Below are positions 1 through 8,239 of a stretch of DNA of 64,000 nucleotides, one piece after another; positions within the stretch are counted from its first letter, which is position 1, and each line of letters opens with the position of its first letter. The stretch comes from Candidatus Poribacteria bacterium (GTDB taxonomy: Bacteria > Poribacteria > WGA-4E > WGA-3G), in contig JAJDXV010000070.1 of assembly GCA_022823085.1 (NCBI GenBank), positions 4,679-68,678 of the forward strand. Direction: 5' to 3'. A program made the translations under genes and the position numbers. The notes under the pieces were generated by a model. The model was not told the origin of the DNA and ran no database searches. It saw nothing but the letters and a program-made list of their open reading frames with translations.

Positions 1-140
1 ATGTGGATCGGTGCTTCATCGAGTTTGGCGTGTTCCGCGTTAAGTAGAGCGGTTCCATAGAACGGCTCGATATCGGTACCCATGATAAACGCGCCCTGCG
101 GAATGATAACGGTTTTGGTAGATTTTCGGTTTTGGTTCAT
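1..140 (-). CDS. FGE/SUMF1-family (formylglycine-generating-enzyme-like) protein, N-terminal fragment; gene continues beyond window start
   Basis: Open at the window edge, so absent from the ORF track. Minus-strand ATG at 138-140 gives MNQNRKSTKTVIIPQGAFIMGTDIEPFYGTALLNAEHAKLDEAPIH, the (I/V)PxGxFxMG opening typical of FGE-sulfatase domains. ATGA start/stop overlap with the upstream gene. Confidence 0.4.
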   Translation of the reverse strand, partial: MNQNRKSTKTVIIPQGAFIMGTDIEPFYGTALLNAEHAKLDEAPIH

Positions 141-922
141 CCAAGATTCCACGCTGCTGTAGCATACTTGGTTTTCACAAGCGTCTCTGCCTGTTTCCGC
201 TCTGTTGACGACATTTTTTTTGATTTAAACGCAATTCCGAGGTCGAATGTTTCAGATATTGCTTGGATGAGTGCTTTTCGCGTTATAGAACGACCGTCTG
301 TATTAATAGCCGTCGATTTTTCGTGTAGCATCTGCTGGGTATCTGGGTCTTTTGAGACGCGTGCGAGTATTTCGGGTGGCGGTATATCCAGGGCGATATA
401 GCCTTGAAACATGATCCCGTGTCGGTTCCGCCTGACGGAGACACCTGCTAATTTCCTGTTATTGTCCGACATTACATCGTGTTCAGCGGGATTTGTCAGG
501 CATATATTCGGGTTGGTTTCGGCAGTGTCTGTACAGCTGGCATAACATTGTGCTGGGATACCGAGTTTCTGGAACGCTTGGGTGAGCGATTGTCCTATCC
601 GTTGGTATGCGTTGGCGACACTGATTTCTCCGGCACTGCGTGGGAGAATAAGTGTATAGGTCAGTTCCCACCCGTGTACGACGGTGCCGCCGCCGGTCAT
701 CCGTTTAACGAGTTCGATGCCGTCTGCGCGGCAGGCGTTTATGTCAACCTCAGTGGCAATGTCTTGGAAGTAGCCGAAGCTGAATGCGGGTTGCGTCCAG
801 TCGTAGAAACGGAGCGTTGGATTCGGCTGCTCCTTCTGCGCGAGCAGGATTGCCTCGTCAATTGCCATATTCGTCGCCGCGTTATTTTTTTCCATGTTTA
901 GAAGTCTGCCGATGGTTTCCAT
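137..922 (-). CDS. Lipoate-protein ligase / octanoyltransferase family protein (LplA/LipM-like)
   Basis: ORF 137..967 trimmed to the METIGRLL ATG at 920-922 (TAATG overlap with the upstream stop). Motifs NMAIDEAIL, RMTGGGTVVHG and KLAGVSVRR fit the BPL_LplA_LipB catalytic domain. Confidence 0.7.
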   Translation of the reverse strand: METIGRLLNMEKNNAATNMAIDEAILLAQKEQPNPTLRFYDWTQPAFSFGYFQDIATEVDINACRADGIELVKRMTGGGTVVHGWELTYTLILPRSAGEISVANAYQRIGQSLTQAFQKLGIPAQCYASCTDTAETNPNICLTNPAEHDVMSDNNRKLAGVSVRRNRHGIMFQGYIALDIPPPEILARVSKDPDTQQMLHEKSTAINTDGRSITRKALIQAISETFDLGIAFKSKKMSSTERKQAETLVKTKYATAAWNLG

Positions 923-1554
923 TAGGATAGTGGGACGCGGCACACGGCTGTGGTGTGTGCGTCGCAATACCAGAAGTATCCGTCCCAGTAGGTCATTCCG
1001 TGTGGTTCGGGATGTGGTTCTGGTATCTCGATTTTGTTGAGATGTTTACCGTCTTTCGGGTCGAGATGGAAGATCGCGCGATGGTTGGTCTCGACACACC
1101 AGAGGTCGTCGCCGACCCATGCGATGCCGTGTGGTCTGTCGCCTGGGGCGGGGAGTGTGTGGATGACTTTGAAACCGTCTTCGACATCGACCTGATAGAT
1201 GGTGGCGGAGGGTGGTACTGCCAGCCAGAGTTTGTTATCACGCCATTCCAAACCGTGTGCGCCTGTCTGTCCTGCGCCGGGTGTCTCGAAAGTGGCGAGT
1301 GTATCACCGGTTTCTGGGTCGGTGGATAAGATTTCGCAACTGTAAGTCGATGCGAGCCAGAGCGTGTCGCCTGTATCGGTGATACCGCTGCCTCTGTCGG
1401 AGCCGGTGTCAAGCGTCTTTTTCACATCACCGTCGTAGGAGACGAGATGTACTTCGTTGGTCTGTTGGTCAAGTATCCAGAGTCCGTCTTCGGTGGCTTG
1501 CATTCCGTTGGGTTGTGGACCTGGAGCATCAAAAATTTTTTCGATTGTGGGCAT
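922..1554 (-). CDS. Beta-propeller repeat protein (glutamine-cyclotransferase / SMP-30-like fold), function unknown
   Basis: 210-aa ORF with GGAGG 7 nt upstream. Recurring blade-like motifs DGLWILD, DTLWLAS, NKLWLAV, DDLWCVE, GYFWYCD. Confidence 0.6.
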   Translation of the reverse strand: MPTIEKIFDAPGPQPNGMQATEDGLWILDQQTNEVHLVSYDGDVKKTLDTGSDRGSGITDTGDTLWLASTYSCEILSTDPETGDTLATFETPGAGQTGAHGLEWRDNKLWLAVPPSATIYQVDVEDGFKVIHTLPAPGDRPHGIAWVGDDLWCVETNHRAIFHLDPKDGKHLNKIEIPEPHPEPHGMTYWDGYFWYCDAHTTAVCRVPLS

Positions 1555-1677
1555 GGGATACCTCCACTTGTGGTCTGTCTTATTGAGCCTTTATTCTATG
1601 TAGTTTTTGGAGGGAAGTCAAGGAAATTTTTAGCCAAGGGGCGAGTGCTGGAGAAAGTTGCACATCAATCCAAAACT

Positions 1678-1890
1678 TCATGCGGCAATTACAGGATGGT
1701 TAATTTTTTGTGAGGCAAATTGGAGACAAGCGACAATGTCTTCGTATTCCAACAGTGGCATTTCGTCAAGAATTTCTTCAAAAGATAGCCCAGCTGCCAG
1801 CAAATCTAAAACATCTGTTACTCGAATCCGCATCCCTCGAATGCACGGGCGTCCACCGCACTGCTCTGAATTAAAAGTTATTCTATCCAT
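1678..1890 (-). CDS. DUF433-domain protein (antitoxin-like, orphan)
   Basis: 70 aa. GGRPCIRGMRIRVTDVLDLLAAGLSFEEILDEMPLLEYEDIVACLQFA matches the DUF433 signature. AGGAG RBS. No toxin-type partner ORF adjacent. Confidence 0.7.
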   Translation of the reverse strand: MDRITFNSEQCGGRPCIRGMRIRVTDVLDLLAAGLSFEEILDEMPLLEYEDIVACLQFASQKINHPVIAA

Positions 1891-2037
1891 AGCCTGTATC
1901 TCCTTTTTGGGTTAATCGAAACACATTTCGTGAGAGAATTTCAATCGAAATAGTAGATATTCCAATCTCCTCGGGTTCGTAGTAGCGCGATTCATTGCGC
2001 ATTGACACAGACGCTAAATCACCTTACTACGAACTAG

Positions 2038-2262
2038 CTAACGTTCTCTTCTTGCATAGCCTGGGCGAAAGTCGTTGATGAACCTTGTTAACCCCTCGCC
2101 TTCTTTCGCCAATTCTTTCATCTCCTCAATATCATCCTCGCCTGCGCTGTCATAAGTGTACAGATAGACACCGCCGCTCGTGAACCGGAGTCTGATGAAA
2201 TCAGCACCTACTTCATAGGCAGCGATCCCGGAGTTTCCGTGACGGTTTCCATAAGGTTTCAT
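2038..2262 (-). CDS. Small KTSC-like protein (weak call)
   Basis: 74 aa with GGAGG RBS. SGIAAYEVGADFIRLRFTSGGVYLYTY pattern resembles the KTSC domain. Confidence 0.4.
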   Translation of the reverse strand: MKPYGNRHGNSGIAAYEVGADFIRLRFTSGGVYLYTYDSAGEDDIEEMKELAKEGEGLTRFINDFRPGYARRER

Positions 2263-2408
2263 GTGCTTGCCTCCTCTGTGAATTTAATGATACCATTGTT
2301 CACAATTATAGCGTTTTTGAGAATGCTTGTCAAAATTTTTCTTTTTAGTGGACACCACTGCGAATTCGTGCTACACTTCCAAAAAGGTAAAAGGAGGTAA
2401 GCAAGCAG

Positions 2409-2756
2409 ATGAAACGGCAAAAATGGTATGAAATGGAGTGGGCACAAAAGTATTCGCAAAAATGTTCTCACAAGTATTGGGGGGCATCGAAGAAAAAAAA
2501 GAAAGAAATGAGAGAGGAATATCACCAGTACCTCCAATCGGATGAGTGGAAAGCAAAGCGAAAAAGGGTTTTACAAGCGGCAAGAGGCCGATGCCAACAG
2601 TGTGGTACAGCCGCAACGGAAGTCCACCACGAGAATTACCATGAGATTTACAGCGAATCCATCGCAAATTTAACGGCACTCTGTACGGATTGCCATCGGG
2701 AAAAACATCCAAAGAAATCAGAGTCCAAGCGGAAGCCGGAAGGCAAAATCCGTTGA
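2409..2756 (+). CDS. Small HNH-type nuclease-like protein
   Basis: 115 aa with GGAGG RBS. WKAKRKRVLQAARGRCQQCG...EVHHENY...LTALCTDCHREKH is a Cys/His HNH-like zinc-finger arrangement common in small phage/mobile HNH proteins. Confidence 0.55.
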   Translation: MKRQKWYEMEWAQKYSQKCSHKYWGASKKKKKEMREEYHQYLQSDEWKAKRKRVLQAARGRCQQCGTAATEVHHENYHEIYSESIANLTALCTDCHREKHPKKSESKRKPEGKIR

Positions 2757-2816
2757 AAAAGCGGTGGGTGCTGCTGTTTCGGGCGGGTTTGATAGCTGCA
2801 CTATCATCAAATGGTT
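2756..2816 (+). pseudogene. Relic of the argG 5' end
   Basis: 61 nt align with 3956-4015 of the intact argG (1 indel plus 8 mismatches, about 85 percent identity by eye). Translated VGAAVSGGFDSCTIIKWL vs VGAAVSGGLDSCTITKWL. Similarity ends abruptly after aaatggtt. Confidence 0.7.
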
Positions 2817-2973
2817 AGAAGGTGTTTACATTTGGTTATCAAAATCGCTGAGAAATGATGAACATCAGGTTATCTGCTGCAGATTGAATAGGTCCTTGCA
2901 GAACCATAGAGGGCTTGCCGTGACTGGATCCGGAAGTACAATCTAAACACAACCTACAAACAAGGAGATTACT

Positions 2974-3699
2974 ATGAAGAAAAGTTTAGAAAAAGTCATG
3001 TATATGGGCATTGGAGCTGTTATCGCCCTTCTCAGTTTCGGTTTGGGAAACCTCCACAGAAACACGGCAAATGCACAAGGAGAGGCACCTATCGTTGACC
3101 TCATCCGATGCAGGCAATTGGAAATTGTCAATGCAGATGGGTTAAACAACGTTATCTTAAGCTCAAATGAACAAGGCGGAAGCGTGGAGGTTTACAGTGA
3201 AGAACTTTTGTTAGGTAAAGTAAGACTTTCAATCAGTGAAAATGGAGGCGACGTGTCCGTTCACGGTAAAAATTATAAAGATCTTGCATCACTTCGTATT
3301 ATCGCCGATGGTGGAAGCGTGGCCGTTAGGAGGGAAGATGGTAAAGGCGGTGCTATGCTTAGCACCGACGAAGACGGCGGAGTGGTAAACATTATTAATA
3401 AAGAAAATAAAGGCTCAGTGTCCCTTTATAACCATAAAAACGGTGCATTCATGGATTTTTACGGTAAAGAGGGCCAAAGATTACGCCTTATTATGTCTGA
3501 TGAATTTGGAGGAGGCGTGTTGATTTCCGGTAAAGATAAGCAAAGTAGTGTATTGCTTAGTAACGATGAATACGGCGGGGGCATCGCTATCTTTAACAAA
3601 GTGGGTAAGATTGTGGGGCAATTCAGTGTTAGCGATATAGGTAGTGGTATGCTCAGTACACGCGACAAGCACGGCTACAAGACTGGAAGCGTACCATAA
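2974..3699 (+). CDS. Membrane-anchored/secreted repeat protein, unknown function
   Basis: 241 aa with AGGAG RBS. N-terminal hydrophobic anchor MYMGIGAVIALLSFGLG. At least five 20-25-aa units built around GG-x-V/I-x-V/I...K (ENGGDVSVHGKN, ADGGSVAVRREDGK, EDGGVVNIINKENK, EFGGGVLISGKDK, EYGGGIAIFNKVGK). Confidence 0.65.
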   Translation: MKKSLEKVMYMGIGAVIALLSFGLGNLHRNTANAQGEAPIVDLIRCRQLEIVNADGLNNVILSSNEQGGSVEVYSEELLLGKVRLSISENGGDVSVHGKNYKDLASLRIIADGGSVAVRREDGKGGAMLSTDEDGGVVNIINKENKGSVSLYNHKNGAFMDFYGKEGQRLRLIMSDEFGGGVLISGKDKQSSVLLSNDEYGGGIAIFNKVGKIVGQFSVSDIGSGMLSTRDKHGYKTGSVP

Positions 3700-3867
3700 G
3701 TCTTATAAAATGTTTTTTATCGTAAAACCGAAAAATAAGTTGGCCTTTTAGGAACAACATCTTTTCCTCTGCTCGTGAGATTTAAGAACCGCACCTCTAC
3801 CGGGCCTGGATCGAAAATTTAACCGAAGAATCGGAATCTGAATGGTTCTACCCACTTCAATATTGAT

Positions 3868-3896
3868 TTGCGAGTTGCACCAAAAAGTGGTATAAT
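3868..3896 (+). promoter_or_regulatory. Sigma70-like promoter upstream of argG
   Basis: TTGCGA (3868-3873), 17 nt, TATAAT (3891-3896), about 25 nt before the argG start. Confidence 0.5.
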
Positions 3897-3920
3897 TCCA
3901 CCATAATTAACCACAATACC

Positions 3921-5171
3921 TTGGAGATTACTTTGAATATTGATGCATTAAAAGGAAAAACGGTTGGTGCTGCTGTTTCGGGTGGCTTGGATAGCTGCAC
4001 GATTACGAAATGGTTGGTTGATAACGGGGTCAATGTTGTCTGTTTTACGGCGGACCTCGGTCAACCCGATGAACGGGACGTTTCCGAAATCAAGGAACGG
4101 ATGTTAGCGTGCGGTGCCGAAGAGGCGGTTATTGTAGATGCGAAGGATGCACTTGCGGAAGACGGTATCCGACTCATTCAGTGTCAAGCGATGTATGAGG
4201 GTGGCTATTGGAATACGACAGGCATCGCTCGGCACGTTACGGTGAAGGCACTTCTACCAGAGATGGAGAAACGCGGTATCTCTATTTTAACGCATGGTGC
4301 GACGGGTAGAGGCAACGACCAGGTGCGTTTCCAACTGGCTACGAATATGCTGAATCCGCACTTCTCTGTCTATGCACCGTGGCGGGATCCGGAGTTTCTC
4401 AAAGTGTTTGGCGGTAGGAAAGAGATGATAGACTTCTGCCAAGCGCGCAACCTACCGGTTACTGCGACGCATGAGAAGCCCTACTCAACCGATGCAAACC
4501 TTTTGGGACTTACACATGAAGCCGGACGCCTTGAATCTCTGAAAACGCCAGCGGGTTTTATCAATCCGGGTATGGGAGTCCATCCGAAAGACGCGCCTGA
4601 TGACGTGGAGCATTTTACTGTTACTTTTGCGCGTGGAACACCGGTTGAAGTCAACGGGAGTCCTGTTACAGCCCTTCAGAGTCTGCTGGAGGCGAACCGT
4701 ATCGGTGGTCGGAACGGGATCGGTATCGGCATTCACACCGTTGAGAACCGGTTTGTCGGGATTAAGAGTCGTGGCGTTTATGAATCTCCGGGAATGGAAT
4801 TGCTTGGGAAGTGTTACGAATATCTGCTCCAACTGATTTTGGACAGACGTGCGCGTCGCCATTTTGATAGTGTGGCACCGGTAATCGCTGAACAGATTTA
4901 TCAAGGCTACTGGTTTGATGCTGCGACGCAGGCGTTACTGTCCTCGATTCAGCCGCTGACCGATTTGGCGAGTGGGACGATTACGGTGGCACTCTACAAA
5001 GGCAATGTCGCATTTCACGCCGCAGGTGGCGCACAGCATTCGCTCTATTCCGAAGAGACCGCGTCCATGGAGGCGATCGGTGACTTTGATCATGCGGATT
5101 CGGAAGGTTTTTTAGCGGTGCTTGGCGTAGGTGCGCGGGCATCGGCTGTTGCTGGACAGACACAGGAGTAA
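3921..5171 (+). CDS. argG: Argininosuccinate synthase
   Basis: 416 aa. AVSGGLDSC N-type ATP pyrophosphatase motif and full-length argininosuccinate synthase-like sequence. TTG start at 3921 (alternative TTG at 3933, 6 nt after GGAG). Confidence 0.9.
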   Translation: MEITLNIDALKGKTVGAAVSGGLDSCTITKWLVDNGVNVVCFTADLGQPDERDVSEIKERMLACGAEEAVIVDAKDALAEDGIRLIQCQAMYEGGYWNTTGIARHVTVKALLPEMEKRGISILTHGATGRGNDQVRFQLATNMLNPHFSVYAPWRDPEFLKVFGGRKEMIDFCQARNLPVTATHEKPYSTDANLLGLTHEAGRLESLKTPAGFINPGMGVHPKDAPDDVEHFTVTFARGTPVEVNGSPVTALQSLLEANRIGGRNGIGIGIHTVENRFVGIKSRGVYESPGMELLGKCYEYLLQLILDRRARRHFDSVAPVIAEQIYQGYWFDAATQALLSSIQPLTDLASGTITVALYKGNVAFHAAGGAQHSLYSEETASMEAIGDFDHADSEGFLAVLGVGARASAVAGQTQE

Positions 5172-5174
5172 AGT

Positions 5175-6167
5175 TTAAGGGACCTCAAGTTTTGCGAACA
5201 CTTGTTTGATGATATTTTCGACATCTTGTCCATCTGCTTCCGCTTCGTAGCTGATGATGACGCGATGCCTGAGTACGTCCATACCGACAGCGTGAATGTC
5301 CTCTGGTGTGACGTAGCCGCGCTGTGAGAGGAATGCTCTTGCCCTTGCGGCGAAGGCGAGAAAGATGGTTGCCCGCGGGGATGCGCCGTATTCGATGCGT
5401 GTGCTGAGCTCGTCTAACTGATATGCTTCCGGTGTGCGCGTTGCACAGACCAAATCGACGATATAATTCTCCAACTGTTCTGCCATATAGATGTTTCGGA
5501 CGACTTTTCGGAACCGCACAATATCGTCGGGTGAAATCACTGGCTGGATGTTCTGGATCTCTTCAGTTGTCATCCGTCGGAGGATTTGTAATTCCTCAGC
5601 ATGTGAGGGATAGTCGACCTTAATCTTGAGCATGAACCTATCTACCTGTGCTTCCGGTAGCGGATAGGTGCCTTCGTGCTCGATAGGATTTTGGGTTGCC
5701 AAGACGAGGAAGGGGTCATCAAGTGGGTATGTCGTGCCGCCAATCGTGACCTGCCGTTCTTGCATGGCTTCAAGGAGTGCGCTTTGGACTTTCGCGGGGG
5801 CGCGGTTGATTTCGTCTGCGAGGATGATGTTAGCGAAAATCGGTCCCGTTTTGGTATAAAAATCGCCCTTCTGCTGATCGTAGATAAGCGTCCCGATCAG
5901 GTCGGCTGGGAGTAGATCGGGGGTAAACTGAAGACGGTTGAAGGAAGCATCGATTGTCTGCGCGAGTGCACTCACAGCGGTTGTCTTTGCGAGTCCGGGT
6001 ACGCCTTCGAGTAGGATGTGGCCGTTGCTAAGCAATCCGATAATCAGTCCTTCTAACAATGCTTTCTGACCGACGATCACTTTTCCCGTTTCTGTGAGTA
6101 TCTGCTGGACGAGCCCACTATCTGCTTGGATGCGGGCGTTCATCGCGTCTAAATCGTAGTTTTTCAA
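5175..6167 (-). CDS. MoxR-family AAA+ ATPase
   Basis: 330 aa, TTG start. Walker A GVPGLAKT, Walker B ILADEINRA, and LQFTPDLLPADLIG typical of MoxR/AAA_3. Confidence 0.85.
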   Translation of the reverse strand: MKNYDLDAMNARIQADSGLVQQILTETGKVIVGQKALLEGLIIGLLSNGHILLEGVPGLAKTTAVSALAQTIDASFNRLQFTPDLLPADLIGTLIYDQQKGDFYTKTGPIFANIILADEINRAPAKVQSALLEAMQERQVTIGGTTYPLDDPFLVLATQNPIEHEGTYPLPEAQVDRFMLKIKVDYPSHAEELQILRRMTTEEIQNIQPVISPDDIVRFRKVVRNIYMAEQLENYIVDLVCATRTPEAYQLDELSTRIEYGASPRATIFLAFAARARAFLSQRGYVTPEDIHAVGMDVLRHRVIISYEAEADGQDVENIIKQVFAKLEVP

Positions 6168-6229
6168 TTTTAATTTACCTTGCGGGAGAACAGCGTGAAT
6201 TTAGGTGCTTGACGTGTCTTCTTAAATCC

Positions 6230-6250
6230 GCCTGCGCCGTTGTTGCAGGC
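6230..6250 (+). repeat. Intergenic hairpin GCCTGC-gccgttgtt-GCAGGC (copy 1 of a two-copy family)
   Basis: About 45 nt (6217-6261) are homologous to 36423-36467. The stem differs from copy 2 by a compensatory C:G vs T:A pair. Confidence 0.6.
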
Positions 6251-6336
6251 TGCTATTTTGGTATTGCCAAGCAGACGGTCCTGTTTTAATTTTTTCTCTT
6301 GTTGGAGAACAGCGTGAATTTGGCGACTGCTGGCTC

Positions 6337-7695
6337 TTAACTAAAAAAAGCCTGTGTTTCGCCTTCTTGGAAGGATTGTTCAAGCCACGGATCCTTCGTT
6401 TTCTGCCTGAATTCAATGACTTTTCGGCGCATCTCGTTGGCGATGTCTTGTAATTCTGGTACGTCAATGAGGTTCTGCGATTCCGCAGGATCGTTCTGGA
6501 TATCAAAGAGTGCCTCACGGCTCTGTTGTATAAAATCAGTGCGCTGGCGTTCACCGAGTTGCTGGACGTTGTCGTTCCGGACTGCTGTCCATGAAATCGA
6601 ACGGAACAGGTCGCTTGGTAGGGGCGTTTCGAGTTGATACGCGAGATTTCGGACGTATTTGTACCGTCTGCCACGTAGGACACGATACGGGTAGTAGTTT
6701 GTTACTTCGTGGAAGCAGTGAGAGAAATAGGTTTCTTCCCATTCGCCGTTTCCGGGGTGTGCGCTGTCGTCTTCAAGAATGGAGAGAATTGAGTTACCCG
6801 GAAGTGCGTCATCGCCATCTGGATGCGCGACACCGCACCAGTCTAACATTGTCGGGCAGAAATCTACCCAATTGACGAGTGCTTGGTTGTGGAAGCCGCG
6901 CTTCTGTTGTATCGGGCTGGAAATAAGGAGTGGACAGTGGTGTCCGCTATCGAAACTTGATGCCTTCGCGCCGGGGAACGGCATGGCGTGATCGGTTGTA
7001 ACAAAGACGAGGGTTTCGTCTGCGCGTCCCGAAGCGTCAAGTGCTTCTAACACTGCGCCTACGACGGCATCCCAGCGTGACACGCTTTCGTAATAGTCTG
7101 CGAGGTCTTCACGGACTGCTGGTACGTCTGGCAGGAAATTCGGTACAATGATTTCATCGGGCGGATAAGAGGACGGTTCGATCCCAGCGGGAGTCTGGTC
7201 GTTTCCGAAGCCTTTGCCTGCGCGGTGCGGATGCGTACTGCCGATGTGGAGATAGAACGGTTTGTCTGCGTTCTCGTTGAGGAATTGTGTGACCTTTGTT
7301 GCCACGTCCGCGGGACTTCGAGCGTTGACTCTCGGTTCAAAATCGAAGGGATAGACAGCGTCTGGTGCGACGTGTTTTTTTCCGATACACGCTGTCGCAA
7401 ATCCGTTTGCCTTTAGGATTTTTGGTACGGATTGCATGTATTCATGTGTGCGAAATCCGTGGATTCCGTGGCAGTGTCCGTATTGTCCGTGTGTGTGGCT
7501 ATGTTGTCCGGTAAGGATGCATGCGCGGCTGACTGCACAGGATGGACTTGTGCAGAATGCGTGATCAAAGACGACACCGCGTTTGGCAAAGGCATCAATG
7601 TTTGGTGTTCGGATAACGTCATTTCCGTAACATTTTGCGATCCGGCTCCAATCGTCAGCGATGACGAACATTACGTTTTTATAAGAATTGTTCAT
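6337..7695 (-). CDS. Sulfatase (N-sulfoglucosamine sulfohydrolase / arylsulfatase A family), apparently cytoplasmic
   Basis: ORF 6337..7794 trimmed to MNNSYKNVMFVIADDW (ATG 7693-7695, GAGGAG 5 nt upstream). VIADDW metal site, active-site region FCTSPSCAVSRACILTGQ, THPH and TTDH motifs. No signal peptide. Confidence 0.8.
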   Translation of the reverse strand: MNNSYKNVMFVIADDWSRIAKCYGNDVIRTPNIDAFAKRGVVFDHAFCTSPSCAVSRACILTGQHSHTHGQYGHCHGIHGFRTHEYMQSVPKILKANGFATACIGKKHVAPDAVYPFDFEPRVNARSPADVATKVTQFLNENADKPFYLHIGSTHPHRAGKGFGNDQTPAGIEPSSYPPDEIIVPNFLPDVPAVREDLADYYESVSRWDAVVGAVLEALDASGRADETLVFVTTDHAMPFPGAKASSFDSGHHCPLLISSPIQQKRGFHNQALVNWVDFCPTMLDWCGVAHPDGDDALPGNSILSILEDDSAHPGNGEWEETYFSHCFHEVTNYYPYRVLRGRRYKYVRNLAYQLETPLPSDLFRSISWTAVRNDNVQQLGERQRTDFIQQSREALFDIQNDPAESQNLIDVPELQDIANEMRRKVIEFRQKTKDPWLEQSFQEGETQAFFS

Positions 7696-7723
7696 GGTTC
7701 TCCTCTTCACTGGGACACGCGCG

Positions 7724-8194
7724 TTATTCGTCTTCGCTATTGAGATTTTCGTTTTCCCAATCTTCTTCGGTGTAGGTAATACCATGCTTCTCACAGAACT
7801 GTTTGAAGCGCTCGAGATCTTCCTGTCGCGTTTTTGCCACTGCCTTGGGTACGGCTTCGGCTACGGCTTCGGCTACGGCTTTCTCTATGATCTCTGGCAT
7901 TTTCTTTCGCAATTCCCAATACATAATCATCCTCCTCATGTGAGGGAGTATCATAAAAAATACTGCCTCAACAAATCCAAACCTGGCTAATGAAGACAGT
8001 GTGGACCTGACCGCAACGATCTTCGATTGATCCACAAGAAACTCCCAAGTTGTAAGTCCTACTGCTGCTATACAAAAAATAATTCCGTATAACAGGAGCG
8101 ATATGTTATATTTTCTGCGCGGGATCAGCATCCCAAGCACGGACACTGTATCATCTTCCTGCATGAAATCGGAGAGCCAATCTTTATCCTTCAA
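7724..8194 (-). CDS. Hypothetical membrane protein (2 predicted TM helices)
   Basis: 156 aa, TTG start. Hydrophobic stretches ISLLLYGIIFCIAAVGLTTW and FGFVEAVFFMIL. Contains an AVAEAVAEAV repeat. Confidence 0.5.
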   Translation of the reverse strand: MKDKDWLSDFMQEDDTVSVLGMLIPRRKYNISLLLYGIIFCIAAVGLTTWEFLVDQSKIVAVRSTLSSLARFGFVEAVFFMILPHMRRMIMYWELRKKMPEIIEKAVAEAVAEAVPKAVAKTRQEDLERFKQFCEKHGITYTEEDWENENLNSEDE

Positions 8195-8239
8195 AATGTT
8201 TCCTGTTCTATTTTCGTACAGTTAATGGCAAAGACGGAG

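Noticed and set aside
1678-1890. Complete type II toxin-antitoxin pair around the DUF433 gene
   Set aside because: No toxin-sized ORF lies up- or downstream (only 123 nt to the next gene). Only the antitoxin-like half is present.
2764-2946. 60-aa ORF as a real gene
   Set aside because: Only its first 18 codons resemble anything (the argG P-loop). The rest is unrelated, and it has no RBS. It is interpreted as a gene relic.
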